Assembly (NCBI RefSeq): GCF_009914755.1
Contig: NC_060925.1
Length of the DNA: 64,000 nucleotides
Direction: 5' to 3' (one strand)
Source of the DNA: the human T2T-CHM13v2.0 reference genome, Homo sapiens
Under the pieces are notes generated by a model that saw only the letters and a list, made by a program, of their open reading frames with translations, searched no databases and was not told where the DNA came from. Shown here piece by piece: positions 22,915-44,037 of the stretch. The position numbers and the translations under genes were made by a program. Every line of letters starts with the position of its first letter. Position 1 is the first letter of the stretch.

Positions 22915-23114
22915 GCTTGTTTTACTTTCTTAAACTTTACTGTTTTTCTTTTTTCTTTTTTCTTTTTTTGTTTAATTCTTCTCAGCTCATACCAATTAAC
23001 TTTACTGTTTTTCATGGACATTAGGGGTATTTCTTGCTGTTCCTTTGGCTTAGAGGTAAAGGTGGTGTTTTCTCCCTAGTCCATGGTGTGACATTTCTCT
23101 GCATTTTTCCATAG

Positions 23115-23261
23115 GAGGAAGAGCTGCGCAAAGGTGGAGACCCCAAATATGCCCACTTGAATATGGATCTGCATGTCTTCATTGAAGTCTTTGGACCCCC
23201 ATGTGAGGCTTATGCTCTTATGGCCCATGCCATGGAGGAAGTCAAGAAATTTCTAGTACCG
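23115..23261 (+). CDS. KHDRBS1: KHDRBS1 exon 4 (KH C-terminal half)
   Basis: catag|GAG; [49 protein letters not shown]; CCG|gtaagg. Confidence 0.98.
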
Positions 23262-24207
23262 GTAAGGAAATCCATATCCTGTGTCTTCTGAGCAAAAGAG
23301 AACTGGGATCTTATACTGTTGTGAAGGTAGGGGTTCTTAACTAAGGTCTCTGCATAACCTGTATGTATACCAAATTCTGCACTTATGTTCATTTTCCTTA
23401 GGTAGTTCGTTACTTGCACCTAGTTCTCAAAGCATTATGCTCCAAGGCCACTCTATCCCTCCTTGTCTAATGTGGTTTTCATTGTGTACCGGTATCTTGT
23501 CAGTATCTCGGGTCCACAGTGTGCCTGCATTCTGATATTTGGTTAACTAAGGTTTAACAGGGTCTTCACCTAGCTGAGTATTTTGGTAGTAGTGTGGAAC
23601 AAGGAGATTGTGTTAGGAAAGTGACTAAGGTGGGTCTCTGCACTCAAGAAGTTCATGCTGTAGAGAGTAGAGACTAGCAGCAAGAAGCTTATAGCATCTA
23701 GTGTTATTGGGTTAAATTCTGACCTGAGCACACTCAGGGATTTCTTTCCTGGAGGAGTTTGCTGAGGACGAGTTTAGTTTGGAAGAGGTTGACTATTGAT
23801 GTTTAACAGATAGGTGAGCAGCTTTTTTCAGACTATTACTGAGGACTAGATAGAGATGGGACAGGCCAGTTTATCTATCTTGCTTGTTACCACCTTTGAA
23901 TACTTGGTTGGAATATTACTTTGAATAAATAGGAAATGGTACTATTTTTGCCTTTTAGCAAGGCCTGGTGGTTGTCAGAGTTAACATACTACTGTTGAAT
24001 ATTTAATAACAAGGATGAATCTGGAGACTTATGAAGGATTTGGAATATTATTAAGTAGAATTGAGTAAGCGTCATGTGTTCATCAGAAAACTAGGAGGAG
24101 GTAAGATACAGTCCTTGGTTTTCTTGAATGTTAAATGAGGGAATTAGAACTAAATGTGGTGTCAGATGATGTGAAAATTGATAGGGCAAAAATTTATAGG
24201 CAGTGTG

Positions 24208-24948
<741 letters not shown>

Positions 24949-26087
24949 TTAACATATCCTAGAGAAAAACACAGCTGGTTAATAATCTTAAGGAAATTCT
25001 TTTTACTCTTTTTGGGGTGTTCTATTGATCACCCAAGCCATTCAATTTCCAAAGGACTGCAGAGGGAATGCCCATCTCCTCTCTTCATTGTTAGTCTCCC
25101 TCATATTCCTCAGAAGGGTTAGGTTTATGAGGCTTGCTTGTAAGTGAATCTTTTGAAAAAGATGCTTGCCGGGGAGATGTGGGTTTCCTCAGTGTTGATG
25201 TGGCAGTTGGAGGAGTCTGAGCAATGGTCTGGCATTGGTTACTTGATTCTCCAAGGTGTGAGTCTCAAGCAGCGGTAATGTGTAAGGTAGGAGGAGCTAG
25301 AGAGTTGAGGGGGGCATCAAAGACTAGCATCATCTATTGAAGCTGTATACGCCTGGGATATATAAAAATGCATGAAGTATTAAGACTGAATGGCTCTCAA
25401 TAGGAAGTGTGAAAAGATTTGCCAGTGGCATTTGATTTTTCCCTCTTGTGGAGGAAAGAAAAGTGAGGCTATTTTTGCATCTGTGACCAGAGCCCTCCAT
25501 TTTCCACTTAGAACAATTAACTATACCAGCAATGCTTCACAGTGCCGTAGGAAGAGCACTGGACTATGTATGTCTGTCTATCTGTGTCTTCCTGAACAGG
25601 TTATCATTTCACTTTTCTGAGCTTCAGGTTTCTTGTTCGTCCCAAACATTTCTTAAGTATCTGTCAGATGTCTGATACTATGCTTGGGTGTAAAGTTACA
25701 AAAATGGCTCCTAAAGAGCTTACAGTTTAGTGACAGACAATTCTAAAATTATGTGGTAAGTGCTTGGGTATAGGGAATTATGTGGTACTTTGAGAAAAGA
25801 GGAGTTGTAGGGGTGGCATCAAGAGAAAGTTTTTCAAGAGACACTTATTTAGGCAAGTCTTGTAAGGATGAATTAAGAATCCCTCAGGTGGACAAAAAAG
25901 ACAGTATAAGGACAAAAAAGCCTGTTGATCCAACACCTAGATTTTGAGACAGGTAATTCTGAATTCACATCTAGAGTCTGCCATTTATTAGCTCTGTGTT
26001 CTTAAGCTGGTTGATGTATACTCCTTGAGTCTGTTTTCTTAACTGTAAAATGTGGAGATCTGCCTACTTATTTCAGGGTCATTTTGA

Positions 26088-26396
<309 letters not shown>

Positions 26397-26836
26397 TCAT
26401 TTTGAAGATTAAACTGAAAAATCTATATAAAGCTTATTATATAGAGCCAAGTGCATACAGCTCCATTAATGGTAGTGGCTTTTATTATTCCAGGAAAAGG
26501 AAACTATTTGCAAAGAATGGATATGTAAGAGTATGCCAGGCTCTGAACTACAAGTTGTTCAGTCTGGCTTGTGAGTAGGTTATATATAGAGAGAGAATGG
26601 AAGTGATCCGGAGAGCTAGGCAGAGACCACATTATGAATAATGAGGGGTCTACCATCAAGACTTTTCTCAAAGAGGTGACAGATAGGGTGCCATTTGACT
26701 TCAGAGAAGGAATGACCTGAGACCTCATCTGGGCTCTCAAGAGCTCTTCTTAGAATTCAAGTCTCCCGTGGACCAGATGATTTCTCAGTAGAAAGTGTAG
26801 ATACCACACAATACTCCTTGTATCTTTCGTTCCCAG

Positions 26837-26970
26837 GATATGATGGATGATATCTGTCAGGAGCAATTTCTAGAGCTGTCCTACTTGAATGGAGTACCTG
26901 AACCCTCTCGTGGACGTGGGGTGCCAGTGAGAGGCCGGGGAGCTGCACCTCCTCCACCACCTGTTCCCAG
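26837..26970 (+). CDS. KHDRBS1: KHDRBS1 exon 5 (QUA2, RG/proline motif)
   Basis: cccag|GAT; DMMDDICQEQFLELSYLNGVPEPSRGRGVPVRGRGAAPPPPPVP; CAG|gtaaaa. Confidence 0.98.
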
Positions 26971-27109
26971 GTAAAAATAATGGAGACACCCAGAAATAGG
27001 ATGTGAATTTGACTACTAGTGTCATCTCTTTTAGTGGTGCTCTTATGTCTAGCTTAGGAAGGGTCTCAGGATTTGTATGTTGCATAAAGAACAGAATTCT
27101 ACAACCATA

Positions 27110-27385
27110 CTCTCACACCTGTAATCCCAGCACTTTAGGAGGCTAAGGCAGGCGGATCAACTGACATTTGGAGTTTGAGACCAGCCTGGCCAACATGGTG
27201 AAACCCTGTCTCTACTAAAAATACAAAAATTATCCAGGTGTGGTGGCATACACCACACTACTCAGGAGGCTGGGGCAAGAGAATTGCTTGAACCCAGGAG
27301 ACGGAAGTTGCAGTGAGCCGAGATCATGCCACTGCACTTCAGCCTGGGAGATAGAGCAAGACTCCATTTCAAAAAAAAAAAAAAA
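27110..27385 (+). mobile_element. AluS (intron 5)
   Basis: Alu dimer, slightly 5' eroded. Confidence 0.88.
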
Positions 27386-27761
27386 TAGAGTTCTAGATCT
27401 TGGGCACTTTGACCATAGCCAAGTGCTGCAGTCTAGCTGAAACTTTTGGTCTTCTAATTTTGGACAGTCTTAGCATTTGTTAATGGTCTGACTTTAAAAT
27501 TCTACCTTTTGTGACTGACCTTTATAGAGTATTCAGACTCTCCAGACCTACCCAAGGCAGTGCAGTGATGAATTGGTCCTCTATAGGACCTGGGGGATCT
27601 TGCAGTGTGGGTCCTTTACCCTGTACATTCCTCTGTGCTTTAATAATAGCCTAGTTAAGGCTTCATAAAATCTGCCTAATTCCAGAATTTGTAAACAAAT
27701 CAGAACATAAAAGTGGCCTGTTTATAAAAAGCTCCATTTAAGATAAACTTTCATTTTGTAG

Positions 27762-27963
27762 GGGCCGTGGTGTTGGACCACCTCGGGGGGCTTTGGTACG
27801 TGGTACACCAGTAAGGGGAGCCATCACCAGAGGTGCCACTGTGACTCGAGGCGTGCCACCCCCACCTACTGTGAGGGGTGCTCCAGCACCAAGAGCACGG
27901 ACAGCGGGCATCCAGAGGATACCTTTGCCTCCACCTCCTGCACCAGAAACATATGAAGAATAT
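27762..27963 (+). CDS. KHDRBS1: KHDRBS1 exon 6 (RG repeats, proline motifs)
   Basis: tgtag|G; GRGVGPPRGALVRGTPVRGAITRG...PLPPPPAPETYEEY; TAT|gtaaga. Confidence 0.98.
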
Positions 27964-28478
27964 GTAAGAAATTTGAACAATGTGCCATTTCCCAGTACCT
28001 AGAAGGCTGCTAAAGGAAGTTGAATGACAGGGCCTCGGTCCTTTATGTAGGTGTCATGGACTGCCTGTAAGATTTGCAATCTGCCCTCTTCTCTTGCAGT
28101 GAATGTTGAACTATTAGAAGATTTTTCCATTTTAGGCAGGGTTTTACTATACGCCTGTAGATTAAACAAGAAATAAAATGTACTTTAATGTAGTATTTTA
28201 TAATGAATTTCTTACTACTAGTACTGATAATACTAAAGCTCGATTTTGTACTTTACTTCCTGCCCACACTTCTTCTGTGGCATATCATATTTGTTTGGGT
28301 TTTCTTTGTTTAGTAACCCTTTCTCTTTTGACTATTCTACAGTAGGCATTAACATTTTGGAGGGAAATGTCATGTCCTTTTAATTCAGAAGCCTACTTAC
28401 TCCCATGGGATGTAATTACCTTTCCTACTCTCTATGATTTTGATCTTTTATTTCATTTTTTTGTTGTTGTTGTTCTAG

Positions 28479-28546
28479 GGATATGATGATACATACGCAG
28501 AACAAAGTTACGAAGGCTACGAAGGCTATTACAGCCAGAGTCAAGG
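28479..28546 (+). CDS. KHDRBS1: KHDRBS1 exon 7 (tyrosine-rich region)
   Basis: tctag|GGA; GYDDTYAEQSYEGYEGYYSQSQG; AGG|gtgagt. Confidence 0.97.
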
Positions 28547-29441
28547 GTGAGTCAGGCAGTATAAGCACTGTTTTTTGTCCTGAGGATGGATGGAGGGAGT
28601 TGGAGGAACAGAGAGATTTAGACAGTACAACCCTAAGGAGCAGAATGGTTCGCCTTTTGAGGGTATCTCCTCTGCAACCCCCACAGTCCTGACTGGTCTT
28701 GAACTCTTGAGCTCAAGCAGTCCTCCCACTTTAGCTCTCTCTAGTAGCTGGGGTTACAGGTGCGTGCCACCATGCAATGCTTTCCTCTGCGTTTGACATC
28801 TGTGAAGCACACACTTGGATTTGTAAATCTGGATAACTGTGAACCTTAAATTATAATTTAGAACCTGAGAGTAACAAATGAAAAATTTCCAAGCTGTGAC
28901 TACATGGAAACAAGGAGAAATGCCTTTATGTTATTTTGATTTATTATTTTAAAATATCAAAACCACATTAAAGCTCCATAAAATTTTACAAGAAACTTGA
29001 ATTCCATTACCATAACTTAGGTTCTTTTCTGCATTTCTCTTTAAGACCATTTCCTTGTGTGTCCATATATATAGCTTACCTGTGAATTGATTGAAAAAGA
29101 GTTCCAGAATTCTACAGCAGTGATAAAACAGTTCTTTTTTCCTTCTGGTGAGCCCTATGAATACATGTATATATATGCTATATTAAAAGGGTCAATTTAG
29201 GATTGTGCTTTTTCACTTTATATTCTGTGGTATCCATTTTTCTTTGCAATAGTTGTCAATTATTTTATAAGTACATAGTCTATACATATTTTGGAAATAC
29301 TTTACGGTTTAGGGATGGGGCAGAATGAGTATTTTCCTGTATTAATACACTTAGTAAAATGACTGACTTATGGAAGTATTTGAGAGAAAGTTGAAACATA
29401 GTTACTCTGTAGCTTCCTAACACTCTGCCTTTGGCTTTCAG

Positions 29442-29500
29442 GGACTCAGAATATTATGACTATGGACATGGGGAGGTTCAAGATTCTTATGAAGCTTATG
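29442..29500 (+). CDS. KHDRBS1: KHDRBS1 exon 8 (tyrosine-rich region)
   Basis: ttcag|G; DSEYYDYGHGEVQDSYEAY; ATG|gtatgt. Confidence 0.97.
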
Positions 29501-30057
29501 GTATGTCTTTATCTCTGTGGTGGGGCAGAATGTACAAGTAAGTGCCTGGGAGAATGCTGGTGACTAAAGTATTGAGAGTCAGACAAACACACCTACGGAT
29601 AAACCTTTAGAAGGCCAAGATTTTGCTAGATGTGACAGTAAGAGTTCTGCTCTTGCTTAAATTTTGCGGTACATGGTAGAAAGAGGGACTGCTAAAGTGA
29701 GGTGGGGTATCGTTACTCTTGGAAGGGTAGTGTTTGTCTTAAACAAGGGCTCAAGACCAGCTTGGCCCTGGTTGGAGCAGCAGACTTATAAGCTAATGTT
29801 ATTTTTTTTCTACTTTAGGCAGGGAAATAGCTAGACCTGGGTTGTATTTCTGGGCCTTTGCTGCCGATATCTAGGCCACTTTGGTAGATAACAAGAACTT
29901 AATCGTACACAACTGTACTCATCTACCCCATTTCATTAAAAAAAAAATTTAGATCTCATTGAAAAGAATGTCATTGTAAAGGAAATGTCAGCTGAAAGGG
30001 ACCTAGATGGCAAGCAGCTAGCCAGACCAGGTTGCGGGGCAAGAATAGTGCCTATTA

Positions 30058-30355
<298 letters not shown>

Positions 30356-31445
30356 CTATTAGAATCAGATTAGAGGCTGTAGGGGCTAGAGCCAATAATT
30401 CAGGACAGTACTGGCACCAAGCTCCTTGTTGGCTTGAAGACATCAACACAGTCCTTGATCCCAAGAGAGCTATGGAGGCTGCAACAGCAGCAGGACAAGG
30501 CTGCCTTCCCTGAGGTTTGGTTAAAAACACATCGCTCAAGTGTGTCCTCAAGAGCCAGTTATGGCCCTGTGTTAATAGGCCTCACTGGGAATACTATGTG
30601 GCAGTGGATGCAGCGAGAGCTACCTTTTCAGTATAAGGTATTTTCAGCATACCTGAGGGACTTCCAGAGAGTCCTTGGCAGGGGCTCAGCGATTGACAGT
30701 TCACGCTAAGATACTGGTTGACAGTCTCCCCTTATCCCTAGCTGAAAAAGAGGAGCCCCTTAGGGCCTCCCAGAGACAGACAAGCTGAGCCCAACTCAGC
30801 ACAGTATGAAGTAGCCAATCAGCTGCTTGCCCAAGGAAACTGTTTTTACCAGTTTTAGCGAAATAGCACTGGACAGTTGCCAATCACTAACACTGTGTGT
30901 GATTGCACCCAAGTATTTCCCTCCATCAGTGAGGCAGTACAGTGGGGCCTCTGTATGTGTTTGACTAAATTGCATTTCTGTTTTGCTGGAGAAAAGACCA
31001 AACTGAAAGAGGCAGGCTTCTCTTTGTGCTCCTGATACGACGTTGCCACAGTTAATCCGTTCTGATCTCTGCTTTGATTAACAGAATTAGAGAAATAAAC
31101 TGTCCAGGATGATCTGTATACGTCAGGAAAAAAAGAAAAAGAAACTGTCTTGTTGATACCCAGAAGCCACTTGGAAAGTGATGGACATGTGTGTTATACT
31201 AGGGGTATAATTAGGGTTCTGTGTGACTTTAGATCTGTATAGGAGTTTGAGGCCTATAGAGATGGAGGCAGATACTTGTGAATACAGGCAGCTGGAAAAA
31301 TACTTCAGGGATGAACTAGCGTGTGTAAGGTGTGGGAAGAATAAATTTAACGCAATTTATTTTCATAAGAGGTCACCTCTAGAATTATGTGATCATATTC
31401 CTCAGGCTTTTCCCTGTCACAAAGGAGAACCATTTGAGGATGTGA

Positions 31446-31816
<371 letters not shown>

Positions 31817-32454
31817 TGGAATTATCTTAAACAGTGCTGTCAGTGCAACATTTGATTGCACATCCCTCTACCAGAGAGAGCAGTATCAGCTCTGCTGGTG
31901 GAGGGCCCCATGGAAAGTGGCCCTTGCTTGGTTTTCCCAGGGAGCTAGAGGACACTTCTCCGTAAGGAAACGTGACTTGCTGTTGCATGGAAGTGGGGCT
32001 GGCTGCCTGCTTCCAATCTGAAAGACTTCCAGAAGTCTTCCCACCTTACCTGAGGGTGCCTGCCAAATTGTTTTGGGAACAGGAAAGGCCATTGCAGACT
32101 CACTAAGATTAATGAGTTCCTCACTATCTCAAGCAAGGTGTTGGGTATCTCCAGGTTTGGGGACTGGCGTACAGATCACATTTGTCTATGAAGAACCTCG
32201 TTGTGGGAGATTACTCCAGAGTCAATGGCAGCCTTTTTAGATTTGTTCCCTTCTGTCCTTCCACTCAAAACTGAAAAATTGCCCAGGCTGCCCAAGAGGG
32301 CCAAGCCAAGTAGAGAGCAAGGAACACCAGGGGAAGTGTCAAGACATTAGAAGAAACTCAGTGTTTTTGGTGATCTTTACTATGTGACCTATCCCTGCTT
32401 ATCCCTAAGTGCTGTCGCCACATGGTTTATAAACTGTCTTTGTTTTCCCCACAG

Positions 32455-32552
32455 GCCAGGACGACTGGAATGGGACCAGGCCGTCGCTGAAGGCCCCTCC
32501 TGCTAGGCCAGTGAAGGGAGCATACAGAGAGCACCCATATGGACGTTATTAA
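32455..32552 (+). CDS. KHDRBS1: KHDRBS1 exon 9 coding part (C-terminal PY-type NLS), stop TAA
   Basis: cacag|GC; GQDDWNGTRPSLKAPPARPVKGAYREHPYGRY*. Confidence 0.98.
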
Positions 32553-32842
32553 AAACAAACATGAGGGGAAAATATCAGTTATGAGCAAAGTTGTTACTGA
32601 TTTCTTGTATCTCCCAGGATTCCTGTTGCTTTACCCACAACAGACAAGTAATTGTCTAAGTGTTTTTCTTCGTGGTCCCCTTCTTCTCCCCACCTTATTC
32701 CATTCTTAACTCTGCATTCTGGCTTCTGTATGTAGTATTTTAAAATGAGTTAAAATAGATTTAGGAATATTGAATTAATTTTTTAAGTGTGTAGATGCTT
32801 TTTTCTTTGTTGTTTAAATATAAACAGAAGTGTACCTTTTAT

Positions 32843-32848
32843 AATAAA
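32843..32848 (+). terminator. Proximal poly(A) signal AATAAA
   Basis: Canonical hexamer about 290 nt after the stop, with TGTA at 32831 upstream. Neighbouring A-runs make internal-priming artefacts possible. Confidence 0.55.
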
Positions 32849-33777
32849 AAAAAGAAGTTGAGTAAAAAAAAAAAACACACAAACCTGTTAGTTTCAAAAA
32901 TGACATTGCTTGCTTAAAGGTTCTGAAGTAAAGGCTTGTTAAGTTTCTCTTAGTTTTGATTTGAGGCATCCCGTAAAGTTGTAGTTGCAGAATCCCAAAC
33001 TAGGCTACATTTCAAAATTCAGGGCTGTTTAAGATTTAAAATCACAAACATTAACGGCAGTAGGCACCACCATGTAAAAGTGAGCTCAGACGTCTCTAAA
33101 AAATGTTTCCTTTATAAAAGCACATGGCGGTTGAATCTTAAGGTTAAATTTTAATATGAAAGATCCTCATGAATTAAATAGTTGATGCAATTTTTAACGT
33201 TAATTGATATAAAAAAAAAAACAACAAAATTAGGCTTGTAAAACTGACTTTTTCATTACGTGGGTTTTGAAATCTAGCCCCAGACATACTGTGTTGAGAG
33301 ATACTTAGAGGGAGGGAGTAGGTTTTGAAGAGGTTGATGGTGGTGGGGAGGGAAGGCCTCCTGAATTGAGTTTGATGCAGAGCTTTTTAGCCATGAAGAA
33401 TCTTTCAGTCATAGTACTAATAATTAAATTTTCAGTATTTAAAAAGACAAAGTATTTTGTCCATTTGAGATTCTGCACTCCATGAAAAGTTCACTTGGAC
33501 GCTGGGGCCAAAAGCTGTTGATTTTCTTAAGTTGACGGTTGTCAATATATCGAACTGTTCCCAAGTTAGTCAAGTATGTCTCAACACTAGCATGATATAA
33601 AAAGGGACACTGCAGCTGAATGAAAAAGGAATCAAAATCCACTTTGTACATAAGTTAAAGTCCTAATTGGATTTGTACCGTCCTCCCATTTTGTTCTCGG
33701 AAGATTAAATGCTACATGTGTAAGTCTGCCTAAATAGGTAGCTTAAACTTATGTCAAAATGTCTGCAGCAGTTTGTC

Positions 33778-33783
33778 AATAAA
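33778..33783 (+). terminator. Main/distal poly(A) signal AATAAA
   Basis: Canonical hexamer, upstream TGTA elements, downstream TGTG and T-rich tract. Confidence 0.85.
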
Positions 33784-34868
33784 GTTTAGTCCTTTTTTAA
33801 TCAAAGTAAATGTGATGAATTGTCATTTTTTTGGGTGGACCATAAAATAGTTTTCTCTTTCAAATAAACTTAAATTAACTCTAAAGTTAATGGGCTTGTT
33901 AAAAGTTGGAAACATTCTTAAAAGTGGTGGGGGGGATTTTATTTTAAGTTTACCAAAAAAAAGTTGATGGAGTTGTTAAGTTTTAGTTTAAAAATAACCA
34001 AAGCTTTTTCACCCCCTGGAAGTTGTTGGAAGCTGTTGTATCCAATCCTATCAAAAATTCTAATTTATGGAGAGTTTTCAACTCAACTGAGCTGAAACTT
34101 GGATTGGTTTCCATAGATAGGTCTCAGTATTTAAAAGTGCAAGCCAGCCTGGTTTGCACCTTCTGTAGAACCCCTAGGTGGCTCTAAAGTGTGACACCAA
34201 ATAATTTCTGTGAGCTCAGAAGGGGACAGCATCTGCCTTTAGGCATGACAGTTCAGCCAACTCTGGGTGCCCTTGAGGGTTTCTCTTTCAATCCCAGAAA
34301 TGCTGATAACTCAGCTGGGCTGGGGCAGGATTTGGCATGATAGGCTGGCTCTGAACCCCCTCCTAAGAGACCAAGAGAGGAAGTGATGGAATTGGTTGGT
34401 CCCATTTCAACTCTATGCTGATTCTCAGGGTTCTCATGGCTTCCCTAAGAGAGCCACCTAAACTGCTCGGGGGTGAAAAATCCTCTTGTATTGAAGTGCC
34501 AAGCTGCCTGCAGCAGTGCATGATGGACATTTTTTTTTTCTTTTTAAAACACACCAACAAAAAAATGTATTTGTAGATTGTGATAAAATGTAAATAACTG
34601 AATTTTCAACCATGGTTTGAAGTCAGCTTTCAGGGCATTATGTCTTGTTTTGATGAAAAGAGATCACTCTATACCCCCCTTTTTAAAGGAAAATTATCGC
34701 AAGAGAATCAGGATGTGTAAAGCTAACATGCATCGCAAAAAACCAAAGGTAACCTAAATGTCTGATTTTAATAGCACATATTTCTCTTTTACATAAACTG
34801 TGACAGCAACTTGCATAAACAATTCTTTAGCTGTTAATTTTAATGTTAAAACTTTGCAAAACTTGTTT

Positions 34869-34874
34869 AATAAA
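34869..34874 (+). terminator. Possible extended-UTR poly(A) signal AATAAA
   Basis: Hexamer in a repeat-free AU-rich block about 1.1 kb beyond the main signal. Confidence 0.4.
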
Positions 34875-35258
34875 AATAGCTGTAAAAAGAAAAACCATAT
34901 GTTGCCGCATAAATTAGCCATAACTCTTAATAATCCTGCCCATCACAAGTGAACTGTAACGTAACCTGGGCACAAAGTCTGACATCTTAAATGACACATT
35001 GTAAAATTTCAATGACTGTAGATTAGACCTCCTGCTGCACCCCAAAAGCTTTCTGCTCAGCTATTTAAAACTGTGTAAGGATGAGTCCCTGTAGGTCCCC
35101 ATATTGATATTCACAATGAAACTTTACTTAAAATTTCTTAAAAGTTGCATGTTTCTCCTGTAATGTGTAAACTGCATGCAGGATCTCTTTATCTTTTATT
35201 TTGTATGTCTTTAAAACTTCCTCTTCAAAAGACTGATCTGTTATTTCTCCATTTTCAG

Positions 35259-35318
35259 GTGACTGAAAACTCCTGAGGCATTTCCTGGACTAGAATGGGT
35301 AGTGAAGACCCATGTCAG
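35259..35318 (+). other. KHDRBS1: Candidate alternative downstream exon of KHDRBS1 containing a premature stop
   Basis: Branch-like CTGAT, pyrimidine tract and ttttcag| acceptor; CAG|gtatgt donor; joined to exon 8 it reads G-D-stop. Confidence 0.6.
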
Positions 35319-35584
35319 GTATGTTAAGGTGGCTTTCTATTAAGGAACATGGGCCTTTTATCATAACTGTAAAACAGTTATGCTAGGAGGTGGCCTGTAA
35401 GGTGGTCAATGGGTTAATCTTTTTTGTGGTCATTTGTACCTTATTTACGACATGACCACACTTACATGTCCATACTGAATTTACATCTAGTGGTTGATAA
35501 GGCCAGACAATATCAACTTAGATCTGTTGAATCCCACTCTGTTTATCCTGTTAATAACCTGATGAGGTGGTGTTCCACTTGGAG

Positions 35585-35950
35585 TTCATTGGTTGCAAGC
35601 AACAAAGTGGCTAATGTAAATGAAAAAGACTTTATTAGAAAGGTGTTAAGGGCTCAATGTTCAGTGCGAAGGATAAAAAATCTGGTGTGGGAACTGTAGT
35701 GGCTGCAGGGAACTGGGACAACAGTGGTAGACCACAGGAACGATCTTGAAACAAGGACTGGCTCCTTGGGCACAACTCAAACTATGTTGGGTCTCTTTCT
35801 GCCTCTACTCAAGATTCAGGTTTTAGAGAGGGAATATCAGACTGGATTAGCTGAGTCACATGCGTAAGAAAAACCAGTTCCTCAAAAGGCAGTTGGTGAG
35901 TTGTTAGGAAAGGGAAATGGATGCTGGGCAGCCCAGAAACAATTGTCCAG
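35585..35950. mobile_element. MLT1-type (ERVL-MaLR) LTR remnant
   Basis: ggttgcaagcaaca... start and gggaaatggatgctgggcag... end typical of old MLT1 LTRs. Confidence 0.55.
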
Positions 35951-36111
35951 TAATATCCATATTTTACAGAAGTAACTTAGACCTAGTGAAGTTAAGTAAC
36001 TTCCCAGGGTCCCATAATTAGTATGGCTGGTACTCAAGCTCAAGATTTCTGTTGCCAAAACCTGTCATCTTAATCCTATACTATACTGTCCTTAATCTAG
36101 GGAAAGGGTAT

Positions 36112-38420
<2,309 letters not shown>

Positions 38421-38619
38421 AGTTTTTAAAATACTATTGGTCCCAATAAAATACATTTGCTGCATGCCAGATGTGGCCTTTAGCTTACCAGTTTGCAGCC
38501 TGTGGTTAGCTTCTGTTAGTATAAATTAAAGGTCATGTTAGCATTTTTAAGTGATTCTTTTTGGACAGACATAACTGTCCTAGTGGCAAAGAAGTCTAGA
38601 GTTTTGGCGGAATTTTAAA

Positions 38620-41250
<2,631 letters not shown>

Positions 41251-42323
41251 GTGTACTGCCTTTTGAAGTAGTTATTACTTAAAAGTTATTGATACAATTT
41301 CTGGCAGTAGCTGTTCAATAATACATAATAGCTGATCAGATTATTTTTACATCACTGAGAGTTTGTAAGTGATAGAGCTAGGATTTGATCCCAAGAATGG
41401 GTGACTACAAAGCATGCTTTTATTTCTGTATTATACTGCAGGCTGCTAAAGTGGGAATGAGGCTGTTCTAGCTGCCATGCCTGGTCATAGGTGGTTTTCC
41501 AGAGGTTCAGAGGCAGCGCTCCAGCATGCCCTTCTCCCACCATCAACTTCCTCGCTTCCTAGCCCTCTCTTCCCCCACCACAGTTTCCATAGAGTCTCCA
41601 GGGTGGACACTTGGCAGTGACAGTTACTATTGAGGGAATACTCTGACCCTTCCTTACCTACGGATACAGGCTTAGGGTTTGTCCCACCTTTATACTCTCT
41701 TCCACCAAATCCCACCTCCTGTCCCAGGCTAAGAATGAAGTTAGAGATGCATTAACACCTGCTAGAACTTTGTGGCCACCAAAAATGTGGATTAGAGTGT
41801 GTTAGGCAACACATGGGCTCACTGTCTTCTTGATATGTTCCTGTACTTTGTATGACCCTACAGAGGCTGCTGTTTGCTGGCAGTACTACTAGTAAGTAGT
41901 CATTTTCATTTTTTTCCCTCATTTTATTCTCAGTCTATGCCATCCACTGATCTTGACCACATTTAAAAGAAGAAGAAAGTGAGATAGGGAAAATAGGCAG
42001 CTTTGTTTGGCTGAAAGAGAAGAGCTCAATTTGAATGCCTACTGTGTGTCCCTATTTTTATAGATTAGGCAACTGATACTAGAAGAGGTGAGGTAATTTA
42101 CCATGGTTGCATAGCACATTAGGACAGGGTGCATATCAACATTTTTGTACAGCAAAGTCTATTCTCTGTGCTAAAAGCTTGCTGCTTCTGTAATTCCAAA
42201 TTTCATTGACCCTAAGAGACTGCTTATTGTAAATTGTGTCTTTAAGTGCTGTAAAGAAAGAAAGGAAAGAAAGAAAAGAAAAAAAGAAAGAAAGAAAAAA
42301 AGCTGCCAATTAAACTGACATAG

Positions 42324-44037
<1,714 letters not shown>

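Larger units (their letters stand above)
32553..33800 (+). other. KHDRBS1: KHDRBS1 3' UTR (AU-rich, no interspersed repeats seen)
   Basis: Runs from the stop codon to just past AATAAA at 33778, with T/GT-rich sequence downstream. Confidence 0.88.

Noticed and set aside
23111-23117. TAG-GAG tandem (NAGNAG) acceptor at exon 4
   Set aside because: GAG is a very poor acceptor and nothing suggests use
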